The notes under the pieces: model-generated
Database searches by the model: none
What the model was told of the DNA's origin: nothing
What the model saw: only the letters and a program-made list of their open reading frames with translations
Origin: a virus
IMG/VR virus record: IMGVR_UViG_3300017991_000003
Span: 64,001-128,000 of that record
Strand: one strand, 5' to 3'
DNA length: 64,000 bases
Position numbers and translations under genes: made by a program
In this document: positions 46,070 to 55,922 of the stretch, piece by piece
Position numbering within the stretch: position 1 is the stretch's first letter
Layout of the letters: each line of letters begins with the position of its first letter

Positions 46070-46509
46070 GAGTTAGTCCAGACATCGTGTTCGGGATGCT
46101 TTGCGGCCTGGAGAAGCAGGCCGAGGAGCGTGAGGAGGTTACGGCCGAGGAGCTCGAGGAGGTTATCCCCGAGACGGACGATGAGCGAGACCTGCTCCAG
46201 CACATGATGCGGGTCGTTTGGGACTGCGGGGCTCGCCCGCTCCCGACCATGCCGCTGCTCTCCGAGAACGCCAAGCAACTAGAGAACACGGTTCTGCTCA
46301 GGGCCCTGGATCGAGCCAACAAGCGGCTCCTGCCAGGCGCCAAGCTGATCCGTAGCGGTCGTCCGATCACGGACATCTTGAAGAAGTTCAAGAAGATCCA
46401 GAGACGTGCCCTCAAGGGCTCGATGATCGGATTCCGCAAGACGATGAAGGCCAATCAGAAGGCTTTGATCACATCCGCGCGCCGCAGCGCCCGCTCCGCG
46501 TATCGATAG
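46066..46509 (+). CDS. hypothetical protein
   Basis: 147 aa; 4-nt overlap. Confidence 0.5.
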   Translation: MRVSPDIVFGMLCGLEKQAEEREEVTAEELEEVIPETDDERDLLQHMMRVVWDCGARPLPTMPLLSENAKQLENTVLLRALDRANKRLLPGAKLIRSGRPITDILKKFKKIQRRALKGSMIGFRKTMKANQKALITSARRSARSAYR

Positions 46510-46578
46510 TCTCGACGGCTCAGTTCGGCTGAGCGCTTCGGGGTATCGGTGCAAGGGGATCAACCACAGTAACTGCCC

Positions 46579-46872
46579 ATGACCAAAGCCAAGAAGAATG
46601 CCCGCGTCTTCGACTTCATTCAGTCTGAGTCGGAGCGAAAGCGCAAACGCCCCTGCCATGCCTGCATGACCGCCAAGGCTAAGCCTCAGGTGGACGAGGA
46701 TATTCGAGCGTGGCTCGAAGCCTGGTCGGCCGGCGAGGCTGGCGATACCACGTGGACTCGCTTCGTCGAGTGGCTCAAGCAAGAGCATGACATCAACCAT
46801 GGTCGCGTTCATCTAGCCAGGCATGCCTCGGAGTGTCTCGGCCTACCCAACCCAACGAAGTCCTATGCCTAG
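46579..46872 (+). CDS. hypothetical protein
   Basis: 97 aa; C/H-containing (CHACMTAKAK). Confidence 0.45.
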   Translation: MTKAKKNARVFDFIQSESERKRKRPCHACMTAKAKPQVDEDIRAWLEAWSAGEAGDTTWTRFVEWLKQEHDINHGRVHLARHASECLGLPNPTKSYA

Positions 46873-47941
46873 CCGTAAGCCCAAGAAAGAGCCGGACACG
46901 CTTCTCCGCATGGAGAAGGCGGAGCACCAGGAGACGCGAGCCAAGATGGAGCGCGCAGCCCGTGCGCATCGGGCCGAGACGACAGAGCTTCGCCTCCTAC
47001 TCAAGCACGCTGATAAGCGTCGGGAGGAGCTCGAGACTGAGATCGATGCCTATTCCCACGCCCTTCGGCCGATCCGCCCGCCGAAGAAGATCCGGCCCCG
47101 CAAGAAGTCCAGCGTCAGCGAGTCGGTCCCGATCGTACTGGCCTCGGATTGGCACCTAGAGGAGCTGGTCCCTAGGGAAACGGTACAGGGGCTCAACGAG
47201 TACAACCCCGAGATCGCGGAGAAGCGAGCTGAGCGGTTCTTCACCAGTGTCCTGCGGCTGATCAATCTGAACAGGCAGCACACGCGGATTGACGACATGA
47301 TCTTGTGGTGCGGCGGCGATTTCATCACCGGCCACATTCATGAGGAGATGAAGGAGACGACGGCGATGGCCCCGCTAGAGGCGGTGGACTTCGCCGCTCG
47401 CCTTTTGCGGCGTGGCTTCGAGTTCCTGCTCAACCATGGAAAGCTCGACAGGATCATCGTTCCATGCTCCTTCGGCAACCACGGCCGCCTCACCCGCAAA
47501 CCCTTCACGACGAAGGCCGCGGAGCACAACCTCGAGTGGTTCATGTATGCCCAGCTGCGGCAGGCCTTCGAGAGTGACGATGCGATCGAGTTCCACGTCA
47601 CCCGTAGTCGGCTGCATGACACGGTCTCGGTCTTTGATCGAAGGATCCGGTTCCACCACGGGGAGGACCTCAAGTACGCCGGGGGCCAGCAAGGCGTCTA
47701 CGGCCGGCTACACAAGGCCCACCAGGCCTGGAACCAGACACGGCCCTGCTACCTCACGTGTGTTGGGCACTGGCATCAAGCCAAAGCATTCCAGGACCTG
47801 GGGATGATGAACGGATCGTTGATTGGCTACTCTGCCTATGCTCAGCTGCTTCAGTGTCAGTTCGAGCCGCCCCGTCAGATGATGTGCTTGGTCGAGAAGG
47901 ACCACGGGATGACGGGGTCCCACCCGGTATTTGTCGAGTAA
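46865..47941 (+). CDS. calcineurin-like metallophosphoesterase
   Basis: ATG 46865 (MPSRKPKKEP...); motifs SDWH (DxH), CGGDFITGHIHEE (GDxx), FGNHGRL (GNH). Confidence 0.65.
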   Translation: MPSRKPKKEPDTLLRMEKAEHQETRAKMERAARAHRAETTELRLLLKHADKRREELETEIDAYSHALRPIRPPKKIRPRKKSSVSESVPIVLASDWHLEELVPRETVQGLNEYNPEIAEKRAERFFTSVLRLINLNRQHTRIDDMILWCGGDFITGHIHEEMKETTAMAPLEAVDFAARLLRRGFEFLLNHGKLDRIIVPCSFGNHGRLTRKPFTTKAAEHNLEWFMYAQLRQAFESDDAIEFHVTRSRLHDTVSVFDRRIRFHHGEDLKYAGGQQGVYGRLHKAHQAWNQTRPCYLTCVGHWHQAKAFQDLGMMNGSLIGYSAYAQLLQCQFEPPRQMMCLVEKDHGMTGSHPVFVE

Positions 47942-47943
47942 CT

Positions 47944-48282
47944 ATGAAGACTCAAGAACTCACCGTCGCCCGTGGTGACATGTACGGGCATCCTCTGGAT
48001 CACTTCTCCACCTCCGAAGAGCTCTACCAGCTGTGGCTCAAGCACTTCCGACACGAGCGTGAGTTGCTTGCCGAGGCCCTCTCAGGGATGCAGGCGGTGG
48101 ACGGTCGTCGGTACCTCTCAGATGAAGAGGCCCTTGCTATCCAACATGCGGCCAAGTTCGTGATCGACAAGCTGGTCCGAGCTGCGCGGTCGCCTCGGTA
48201 CGAAGATCATTGGGATGACATTGCCGGGTACGCCCGCACCGCCAAGATGGTTCTAGGCCTGATCCAGGAGGATGATGGCTAA
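47944..48282 (+). CDS. hypothetical protein
   Basis: ATG 47944 (MKTQELTVARG...), 112 aa. Confidence 0.5.
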   Translation: MKTQELTVARGDMYGHPLDHFSTSEELYQLWLKHFRHERELLAEALSGMQAVDGRRYLSDEEALAIQHAAKFVIDKLVRAARSPRYEDHWDDIAGYARTAKMVLGLIQEDDG

Positions 48283-48592
48283 GTTCGACAACAAAGAGTG
48301 GCGAGCCGCAATCCGTGCGCTGAAGGTGCTGTGCCCTTTGAGCGCTCGGGTTTCTGTCACTCGCGTCGAACTACCCGACGGTGATCTAGGCGACTGCGAC
48401 AACCGTCACGGCCGCTACTACATTCGGGTTCAGAAGATGGAGGACCTAGCCTTGTCCCTTCTGATCCTGACCCACGAGTGGGCTCACGCCATGATCTGGC
48501 CCCTGTACAAGGACCGCGACCCAGACCACACTGGGCACTTCGGGATTGCGTGGGCAGAGGCCTACCGCACCGTCTTCCACAACAACAAGTAG
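48272..48592 (+). CDS. small HExxH-motif protein (possible zinc metallopeptidase)
   Basis: 106 aa; LTHEWAHAM contains HExxH. Confidence 0.45.
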   Translation: MMAKFDNKEWRAAIRALKVLCPLSARVSVTRVELPDGDLGDCDNRHGRYYIRVQKMEDLALSLLILTHEWAHAMIWPLYKDRDPDHTGHFGIAWAEAYRTVFHNNK

Positions 48593-48593
48593 C

Positions 48594-49451
48594 ATGGTTC
48601 ATATTCAGTCGGTCAAGGCCGCCCGCACGAGCATCAACCGGCGGCGCGAGGATATCCAGGCGTTCGCCGCGGCTCCGAACCTTGACATGAAGGACAAGGT
48701 GGTGGTCATCCTCGGCAACAGCCCAGCCCTCAAGGAGGTTGACCTGTCTGTTCTGGACGACGTAGTTACCATCGGGGTCAACCGAGTCGCGGGGGTCTAC
48801 AAACCATCGGCGCTCTTGTTCACCGATCCACCGATCTACTACGTCGAGAAGGAGACCTACGACACTTTCGAGGGTCCCATCTTCACATGGCATGGGATCA
48901 CGCACAGCCTCGAGTGCTTGAAGCGGCCGAACGTCCGGTACTTCAATCTCCAGCCGGAGATCATGAACCTCAAGCACATCAAGTGGCCGTCGACACTCGA
49001 CGACCCTCTGATCCGTGAAGGAACCACCCCACCCTACGCTATCCAAATGGCAGTGCTCGGAGGCGCCAAGGCGGTGGGTATCCTCGGTGTCGACCACAGT
49101 GCGCCCGATCGGCATGCCCGTGGGCAGGAGACGCACTTCTTCGGAACTGTGCGCGGGTCCTGGTACTGCCGGGCCTGTACCCAGTGGTGCGGTCCTAAGC
49201 AGGTGGTTCGGCGTAACCGGGCTCGAGTCTGCCCGAACTGTCGAGCTGAGAATCAGCTGATGCGCCTAGCCAGCACAGGTGGGGGAGGGTGGACTAAGGT
49301 TCACGATGCGTTCTACAAGCAGTGCCGCCAGTGGGCGGCTGCTCGCGGTACCGCCATGTTCAACCTGTCGCCCTTTGCCGACACGCTAATCCATAAGGCT
49401 GAATGGCCTAAAATGACGTGTGAGGACCTAGTCCGCACACATCATGGCTGA
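48594..49451 (+). CDS. hypothetical protein with C-terminal zinc ribbon
   Basis: ATG 48594 (MVHIQSVKAA...); Rossmann-like N-terminal stretch VVILGNSPALK...IGVNRV; WYCRACTQWCG...CPNC. Confidence 0.5.
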   Translation: MVHIQSVKAARTSINRRREDIQAFAAAPNLDMKDKVVVILGNSPALKEVDLSVLDDVVTIGVNRVAGVYKPSALLFTDPPIYYVEKETYDTFEGPIFTWHGITHSLECLKRPNVRYFNLQPEIMNLKHIKWPSTLDDPLIREGTTPPYAIQMAVLGGAKAVGILGVDHSAPDRHARGQETHFFGTVRGSWYCRACTQWCGPKQVVRRNRARVCPNCRAENQLMRLASTGGGGWTKVHDAFYKQCRQWAAARGTAMFNLSPFADTLIHKAEWPKMTCEDLVRTHHG

Positions 49452-49695
49452 TCGCTTTGAGCCGCCGACCACCCCGCCGGCATCCCTACCGCCCTCCGAC
49501 TTCTACCTCGGAGCGAAACTCGCGTATCAGCGCCCTCCCCAGGTCCGCCGTCGTCCAGAAGTTCGAGATCGCACTCGACTTCCCGGCTACATGAACGAGG
49601 CCCGTGTAGCTGAGCAGTGGGACGAGGCCAATCCCACTCGAGGTTCTCAGTTCGGTCACCCCAACGACGAGGCTCATCTATGGGCATGGATCTGA
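49444..49695 (+). CDS. hypothetical protein
   Basis: 83-aa Pro-rich ORF. Confidence 0.35.
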   Translation: MADRFEPPTTPPASLPPSDFYLGAKLAYQRPPQVRRRPEVRDRTRLPGYMNEARVAEQWDEANPTRGSQFGHPNDEAHLWAWI

Positions 49696-50039
49696 AAGTC
49701 ACGGACAAGGAGTGGACCGACGTCTCGTTCAAGACGGTCTCCGAGGTGCTTGAGGCCTGCTCAAGCCTGTTTGGGAAGATCATCCGCACGGTGCACGGGC
49801 CGTTTGGTGATGTGTACGTGGAGTACGAGGCGCACAACTCCGCCGCGTCGGCGGCGTTGAACCTGATCCCTGACACGATCATCACTGTATGGACTTCGAC
49901 CCAATCCACGGGTACCAAGACCCTCAAGATCCAGGCCAGCTACGACGACGTCGATGTGCACGAGCTCGTACTCGATCTGTTCGACATCGTCGACAAGTAC
50001 GTGGACGATCCGGCCCCCTCCCACCACTCGGTGCCGTGA
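49680..50039 (+). CDS. hypothetical protein
   Basis: ATG 49680 (MGMDLKVTDKEW...) inside track ORF 49617..50039. Confidence 0.45.
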   Translation: MGMDLKVTDKEWTDVSFKTVSEVLEACSSLFGKIIRTVHGPFGDVYVEYEAHNSAASAALNLIPDTIITVWTSTQSTGTKTLKIQASYDDVDVHELVLDLFDIVDKYVDDPAPSHHSVP

Positions 50040-50494
50040 AGTGCGACGCTCAGGTCACTCGGTTCGTGCATCGCCCCTACCGGGTGCCTGAGAAGGGTTA
50101 CAGGGTCACAGAGGATCAGGACTACGACTTCACGCGTTGCTACAGGGTGTTCGTCGCTCGCGGTACCGCGGAGGCGCGCAAGCTGGTCGACGTCGTAGCA
50201 CTAGCCGATCGAGACTGCCCTAGCGGTCATCGATCCTTTCAGGTGGTGCGTACCTTCTCCTTCGGGGCGGAGGATGACCTGGACCGGTATCTGCTTTGGC
50301 TCTTCGAGGAGTCGCTGATCGACTCGTTTGGTAACCGACCCCAGCTCGTCGTAGCCGAGCAGTGGAGTGTGACTGCTCAGGAAGAGCTGTCGGCCAAGAA
50401 TCTCCGGACGGCCTTCATCCATCCGGGCCGCCTCGATGAGTGGGGCGTGCTCTCCGGGGACACTGCGCGTAAAGGCGACCTGTCGATGTACTAA
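50036..50494 (+). CDS. hypothetical protein
   Basis: Probable GTG start overlapping upstream stop (GTGA); VKCDAQVTRF...; start uncertain. Confidence 0.4.
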   Translation: MKCDAQVTRFVHRPYRVPEKGYRVTEDQDYDFTRCYRVFVARGTAEARKLVDVVALADRDCPSGHRSFQVVRTFSFGAEDDLDRYLLWLFEESLIDSFGNRPQLVVAEQWSVTAQEELSAKNLRTAFIHPGRLDEWGVLSGDTARKGDLSMY

Positions 50495-50516
50495 AAAGAG
50501 ACGCCTCAGCGTCTCT
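50493..50516 (-). terminator. intrinsic terminator between convergent genes
   Basis: A-run 50493-50497 then 7-8 bp stem gagacgc/gcgtctc with CTCA loop on plus strand (hairpin plus U-run on minus strand). Confidence 0.5.
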
Positions 50517-50521
50517 ACGCC

Positions 50522-50896
50522 CTAGGCGCGGTTCTTCAGGATCCAGTCGACGGGTATCTGAGCCAGCTCGGCGCTGTGCTTGGTGTAGGCTCGCCAGAAC
50601 CAGTCAGAGGTGAGCGCTCTCTGCTCCTCGTTGAGTGCGGGGTTCTCGTCGATAAGCGCTAGGATCTCGTTGATGAGGCGGTAGACGTCGAGCTCATGCC
50701 GCTGTTGCTGTGTTGCCTTGATAGCCAGGCGCCGATGCTGCTCGAAGTCGATATCTCGAAGGGCTGCTGACTGATTGATTAGTCGAACGAGCCCTTCGGA
50801 CGGGACCCACTCGGTGCGGGCGTAGCTGATCAGGTGTAGGAGGCGCTGGTTGATCTCCAGGCGCATCTCCACCTCGGGGCGTGTCGCTAGTTTCAT
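50522..50896 (-). CDS. hypothetical protein
   Basis: 124-aa helical ORF. Confidence 0.5.
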   Translation of the reverse strand: MKLATRPEVEMRLEINQRLLHLISYARTEWVPSEGLVRLINQSAALRDIDFEQHRRLAIKATQQQRHELDVYRLINEILALIDENPALNEEQRALTSDWFWRAYTKHSAELAQIPVDWILKNRA

Positions 50897-50980
50897 TACA
50901 TGAGTCTACCCGCTCGGGGCAGCTCTAGGCAAAAGAAGAAGGGCGCTGGTGGGCGCCCCTCTTCGGGGATGGAAGAGCGG

Positions 50981-51352
50981 CTACTTGCCGTCCACCTCCT
51001 TGGCCTCCTCCTCGGGGGCCGGGACCTCCTCGAGCTCGACGCCGGCGGCGTTGCCGAGGGCCGCGTCGAGCTTGGCGCGGTTGCGCTCGTTGGCGATGTG
51101 CATGTCGGTCAGCTCGTTCTGCTTGGCCTGACCCCTCACGTACCTGTACACGAAGTAGGTGAAGGCGCACGCGGTCAGGAGGCTCGCGCCGGCCTGGGCG
51201 TAGTTGAGCCGGCTGGCCGACTTGGCCACGCCGACCTCGGCGTTGACCAGCTGCTGGGTCTGGTCGTCGGTGAGGGCGCCCAACCCTTCGAGGGGGTTGA
51301 CGGCGTCCAGGGAGGTGTCCAGGTCGGAGGCGATGCGGTTGATCGTTTCCAT
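50981..51352 (-). CDS. hypothetical membrane-associated protein
   Basis: Track ORF trimmed to ATG 51352 (METINRIASDL...); hydrophobic segment AGASLLTACAFTYFVY. Confidence 0.45.
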   Translation of the reverse strand: METINRIASDLDTSLDAVNPLEGLGALTDDQTQQLVNAEVGVAKSASRLNYAQAGASLLTACAFTYFVYRYVRGQAKQNELTDMHIANERNRAKLDAALGNAAGVELEEVPAPEEEAKEVDGK

Positions 51353-51488
51353 GATGGGTGTTGATGTTGGGTGGTGCAGCGGATCTAGCCCCGTCTGGGC
51401 TGGAAAGATCCCCCGCTCACCAGACTCTTGCCACACAGCCCCCTGTTTTTGGCTTTCTAGGTACCACCAGGAGGCCTAAACTGGCTGT

Positions 51489-52151
51489 GTGCCCTCGACG
51501 TCGACTTTCCACTACGAGCATGTCTTTGACCCGTCCCAGACCGTCCTCAAGGGGCGGTCTATGGATAGTGGCCACGGGACTGATCACGGATCTGGTCGTG
51601 GACGGCACGCTGCGGATGAGCCGCCGGAGCGCGTAAGTAAGGCGAGGAGGCTGAGTTACCGCGAACGACGTAAGCGCGGGCTGTCGCTGGCTGAGAGCTG
51701 GCTCACGGAGGATCGACCGGTGGAGCAGATGAACGACGAGGGTGCCAAGTACGGCGAGGCCAAGATCCGCACCTACCACCCATCCGGCCGGGTCACGGAC
51801 AAGAAGCATGTTCAACACCGCACCAAGCAGGGGAAGAACCCGGCGGGGCTCCAGCACAAGGAGACGGGTAGCACACCTGGCGGCCCTAAATGCAACGGCG
51901 GTAACCCCATGGTGAAGCGAGGGATGTCGGTGGCGGATGTGCGTCGAGTGGTTGAGGAGCCGCGCCTCGAGGGGATGGGGGAGAAGCTGGCTGAAGAGTT
52001 GGCTCCTGCGATTGATCCTGCGACCCGTATCCCGGGTGAGGACCCGAAGAAGCGGCTAAAGCGTCAGGCAGTTGCTTACGCCCATGAGGGGCTCCAGGCG
52101 CGGCGCAAGCTCGAGGCTCACTATCAGAATCGAGCGTTGAGGAATGGCTGA
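51489..52151 (+). CDS. hypothetical basic protein
   Basis: 220-aa Lys/Arg-rich ORF; start uncertain. Confidence 0.4.
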   Translation: MPSTSTFHYEHVFDPSQTVLKGRSMDSGHGTDHGSGRGRHAADEPPERVSKARRLSYRERRKRGLSLAESWLTEDRPVEQMNDEGAKYGEAKIRTYHPSGRVTDKKHVQHRTKQGKNPAGLQHKETGSTPGGPKCNGGNPMVKRGMSVADVRRVVEEPRLEGMGEKLAEELAPAIDPATRIPGEDPKKRLKRQAVAYAHEGLQARRKLEAHYQNRALRNG

Positions 52152-52350
52152 GCGACAGTCTCGAGCGGTAGGTCGGCGACAGCGGCACGGCATCCCGGTC
52201 TCTGTCCCTCTCCCTAAGTTCTTGAAGCCAGCCAACTTGCGTCGAATCTCAGAGCGCAAACAAGAGAGCCCGGGTCGGACGTGGCCAGAGCTGATCCGCG
52301 AGGAGATCCTCAAGAGCGCCAAGAGCAAGAAGGCAGCCCGCCCGAACTAA
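52144..52350 (+). CDS. hypothetical small basic protein
   Basis: 68 aa; ATG overlaps upstream stop. Confidence 0.35.
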   Translation: MAERQSRAVGRRQRHGIPVSVPLPKFLKPANLRRISERKQESPGRTWPELIREEILKSAKSKKAARPN

Positions 52351-52384
52351 AAAACAGCTAGACCCCGAGGGAGGGGCCTAGCTG
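52349..52384 (-). terminator. intrinsic terminator (possibly bidirectional region)
   Basis: A-run 52349-52354 then 11/12-bp stem cagctagacccc/ggggcctagctg, loop gaggga; a second GC stem with CGAA loop follows at 52391-52411. Confidence 0.5.
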
Positions 52385-52429
52385 CGGGCAAGGAGGCCCG
52401 AAGGCCCCTCCTGCCCCACCATCACCTGG

Positions 52430-52918
52430 TCACGCGAGCTGCTCGGTCGGGATGACCCGGCCGTTCTGGCTCGCGCGGTGAGCGCGTCGGACCACTTCGG
52501 GGTCCTGGTGGGGGTGGTGGTCGTCGACGGTTCCGACGACCGGGAAGGTCTGCCGCTTGCGCGGCACGGCGATCCTGACGAGGCTGAAACCTTCCTTGCG
52601 GCAGTTCTTCTGCCACGTCCGTGCCTTCTGATCGATGAGCATGTCGCCGAGATCGTCGACGGTGATGGTCATGCGCAGCAGCCAGGGCGCGGCCTTGGCC
52701 AGCTGATCCAGGTCGAGGAGGAGAACGACCGGCATCTGGTCGCCCTTGAACCAGACCTCGTAGGCCTGGTACGCCTTCTGGCTGTCCCCGACCGTGATGA
52801 GGTCGTTGGGGTTCAGGGGGATTGCCGCGAAGATGCGGTCGGCCTGGCAGGCGAACTTTACGGCGTGCCCGCCGCGGAGTTCGAAGGCCCGGAACAGCCG
52901 GGGTTTGTAGTTAGCCAT
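52430..52918 (-). CDS. hypothetical protein
   Basis: 162-aa ORF. Confidence 0.5.
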   Translation of the reverse strand: MANYKPRLFRAFELRGGHAVKFACQADRIFAAIPLNPNDLITVGDSQKAYQAYEVWFKGDQMPVVLLLDLDQLAKAAPWLLRMTITVDDLGDMLIDQKARTWQKNCRKEGFSLVRIAVPRKRQTFPVVGTVDDHHPHQDPEVVRRAHRASQNGRVIPTEQLA

Positions 52919-52970
52919 GGGTGGTGTGATGGTGGTGGGGTGAAACGGATCGTCACCCTACTTATGCCAC

Positions 52971-53642
52971 CTACCCCTCCTCTTCTGGCCGGTCAGGGTC
53001 CACGACCCGGTCAGGGTCCAGACCCTCGACCTTGATGACCTCGGCAGCCGACAACCACTCCACACTGTCCACCGGGACGGCATAGGTGCCTACGGATTGA
53101 TAGTGCTTCTCGCTTAGCATCGTCATCAAGCCGAGGTACTCCGTAGAGTCGCGCAGGCGCAGCATGACTTGCGTGTGGTGCGCGGGGCAGATCACGTGGT
53201 AGACGAGGGTCTCGTGATCATCCAGCTCTTGCTGAGCCCTGTGCCACGTTTCTGGCTCAGGCTTCAGAGCTCGGCCGATAATCCCGCGGCTGATCATGGA
53301 GGCACCTTCTTGATCCGCAGCCTGGGCGCGGTGTAGGGCCTCAGGGATGGGGGGTGCCTCGTCGACGGCGCCGGCGATCATCACGATCGGCTTGTCCCCG
53401 AGCATCTGAACCATGCCCAGCGAGATGTCTATGTCAGGATCTCGGCCCAATAGCCTCTCGGTGATCCGCAAGATCTGATTGGGGTCGATCTTGACGCCTA
53501 CCTCGATACGCAGCGTTCGCCCCTCGTACCCCTCCTTGAGGATGGCGAAGGGCATGGAGCTGTCGATCAGGTAGTTCAGGACAATCTGAACCAGCTCGTG
53601 ATCGTTTCGAGCCAGGTGGATGGTGTTAGCCATGTCGGTCAT
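52971..53642 (-). CDS. hypothetical protein
   Basis: Trimmed to ATG 53642 (MTDMANTIHL...), overlapping upstream stop by 1 nt (TGATG). Confidence 0.5.
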   Translation of the reverse strand: MTDMANTIHLARNDHELVQIVLNYLIDSSMPFAILKEGYEGRTLRIEVGVKIDPNQILRITERLLGRDPDIDISLGMVQMLGDKPIVMIAGAVDEAPPIPEALHRAQAADQEGASMISRGIIGRALKPEPETWHRAQQELDDHETLVYHVICPAHHTQVMLRLRDSTEYLGLMTMLSEKHYQSVGTYAVPVDSVEWLSAAEVIKVEGLDPDRVVDPDRPEEEG

Positions 53643-53935
53643 CAGGCGCCCTCCGGAGAGCAGTAGATTACCCACTGGGTCCCTTTGGGGAGACCCGGGA
53701 TCTCGGTGTAGGACAGGCCCCCGCCGACCAGGGCGAACAGCTGATCGAGCTCGTTGCCGAAGACGGAATGCTCAGGCACCTCGAGGCCGTATGTGTCACT
53801 GTACGTGACTTCGAGGGCGGTGATGTGCTGCATCTGGCCATTGATGGTGAGCCACATCCCGTCCTTAGGGAGCGCTCGGCCGGGGTGATCGGGGTCGAGC
53901 TCCCAGTCTGGGAGCAGGTTGACGATGTTCGTCAT
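53642..53935 (-). CDS. hypothetical protein
   Basis: Trimmed to ATG 53935 (MTNIVNLLPDWEL...), 97 aa. Confidence 0.45.
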   Translation of the reverse strand: MTNIVNLLPDWELDPDHPGRALPKDGMWLTINGQMQHITALEVTYSDTYGLEVPEHSVFGNELDQLFALVGGGLSYTEIPGLPKGTQWVIYCSPEGA

Positions 53936-53981
53936 GGTGGTTGTAGGGGGTAAAGGGGGCGCGTCACTGGACTTATGACCC

Positions 53982-55907
53982 ATGCGTCCGCGCGCTTGGC
54001 TTACACTTTTGGACGTGGCTACGATCAAGAACACCCCGCAGAGCGAGCTCATCGAGAGCCAGACCTGTCCCTCGGCTCTCCAGGAGCTTGTGGACCTAGT
54101 AGATACCCAGCTGGAGACCGTCCTAGGGCCGCTGGGGTTCGATCTAGAGATCATCTACGCGGAGATCAAGGGCAAGCAGGCGGGGGATCTCTGGGACGCG
54201 GTGGTGACGGGCCCTCTCGAGGCGGCAGGCTCGGCGGTGGAGGAGGCGTTCGGATACGACCCGACGTCCATCTCAGCTAGTAAGGCGGAGATCGAGAACG
54301 CGCTCACGGCCATCGTGGATCCGAACAACATCCTGGCGGCCCTCACCCCAATCAAGGAACTAGGCGGGGCGCTCCTGTCTACGGACAAGCTGGTAGAGGG
54401 GGATCTGAGCCCTACGGGGCTGATCAACCAGATCCTGGACCCGACCAAGGAGAAGCAGCTCGACGGTCTTACCGAGTGCAATGAGAACGTGGTCACGGCC
54501 ACGGCGGCAACGATCACTCAGGTTGTAGCCGGTGCGGCTAACGAGGTGCTCAAGAAGGTGGGGGCAGCTCAGTCGATCCTCAGCATGGGTATGTCGCAGC
54601 TGGAGAACTTCGGCGAAGGCCTCTTCCTGCTCGCGGGAGACGCGCTGAACACGGTTCACAACGCTGAGATCATTCTTATCGACCAGATCCTCGACGTCCT
54701 CGTTGAGATGCGAGCGCTGGTGGAGGAGATGGGGAACGAGCCCTTCGGTTTCAACCACTCCAAGGTGGTGCAGGCGGCTCAGACCAACCTGCTCCAGGCG
54801 GACTCCCTCCTGTCGGCGGTCCAGGCAAAGATCGAGACTCGAGCGGGGTTTGACGGCACCTCCTACGACGCGGCTCGATCGATCATCCAGTACGTAGAGG
54901 AGCTCTTGTGCGAGGCGTCAGATGAGTTCGATCTCGGCTTTAGCTCGAAGCCGTATCGACTCCTGTCCCTGGTCTTGACCCTCGAGGCCTACCAGGCTCT
55001 CTGGTATGCCCGGGCTCAGAAAGGGGAGAGCAGCGCGGAGGGGTTGATCAGCTTCCCTGGCAGCCTGCTGAGCCAGCTCCAGACGGATAACTTCTTCTCC
55101 CCGATCATCGCTCTGGTTCGTTGCCAGTTGAACAAGGTGATCCAGGACATGGCGGATACGGACATCCGCGGCGAGCTCCTGCTCTACATCACCAAGGAGA
55201 AGAAGTGGTGCCTCGAGCTCAAGGTCCTGAACGAGACGATGAAAGCCTCGCGCAGCCTTCTTGAGGCGGGAGATGAGGCAGCCGAGTTCTCGGATCTGAT
55301 CCTGGAGGGTGTGGAGACCTACGAGGATACCAAGAAGCTGGTTACAGCTACCGCAGCCGAAGCGCAGGAAAGCATCACAGATGTCCTCACCTACGCACGA
55401 CTCAAGGTCCAGAACCAGTTGACCCCCACTAACCGAGTGACCTCTCGAATCGACGAGGCGGTATCCATCCTCACGCTTCGACGCTCTCAGATCCAGGCGC
55501 AGAGCCAGGCGCTCCTCAGCCTGCTCGGCTTGGGTAACACTGATTTCCTGCAAGGGCTGGCCTACGCCAAGCAGTTCGCAGAGTTCCTATCAGGCAAAGG
55601 CCTGGACGCCATGCTAGGGAGCCTACTTGACGGGGACTTCGACGGTGTCTTCGGGGCTGACGCCTTGACAGCCTCGATAGGCGGCAAGGTAGAGGCCTAC
55701 GCCACCAAGGTCCTCGGCTGTCTAGACACCCAGGACCCAAGCGCGACTGACAAGCTATACACAGTAGCAAAGCAGGCCAACGACGATCTTCGGGCCCAGG
55801 ACGTGCTCGTCAATCTCATCGACGGCTCTGCTTCGCTGTTTGCTCAGGGGGCGCTACTTGAGGCGCAAGAGCGCAGCGTCGACCTGAGCACGATCGAGCT
55901 AAGCTGA
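53982..55907 (+). CDS. large hypothetical helical protein
   Basis: 641 aa, Leu/Ala/Glu-rich, no catalytic motif recognised. Confidence 0.6.
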   Translation: MRPRAWLTLLDVATIKNTPQSELIESQTCPSALQELVDLVDTQLETVLGPLGFDLEIIYAEIKGKQAGDLWDAVVTGPLEAAGSAVEEAFGYDPTSISASKAEIENALTAIVDPNNILAALTPIKELGGALLSTDKLVEGDLSPTGLINQILDPTKEKQLDGLTECNENVVTATAATITQVVAGAANEVLKKVGAAQSILSMGMSQLENFGEGLFLLAGDALNTVHNAEIILIDQILDVLVEMRALVEEMGNEPFGFNHSKVVQAAQTNLLQADSLLSAVQAKIETRAGFDGTSYDAARSIIQYVEELLCEASDEFDLGFSSKPYRLLSLVLTLEAYQALWYARAQKGESSAEGLISFPGSLLSQLQTDNFFSPIIALVRCQLNKVIQDMADTDIRGELLLYITKEKKWCLELKVLNETMKASRSLLEAGDEAAEFSDLILEGVETYEDTKKLVTATAAEAQESITDVLTYARLKVQNQLTPTNRVTSRIDEAVSILTLRRSQIQAQSQALLSLLGLGNTDFLQGLAYAKQFAEFLSGKGLDAMLGSLLDGDFDGVFGADALTASIGGKVEAYATKVLGCLDTQDPSATDKLYTVAKQANDDLRAQDVLVNLIDGSASLFAQGALLEAQERSVDLSTIELS

Positions 55908-55922
55908 CACTGGGAGGGAGTG

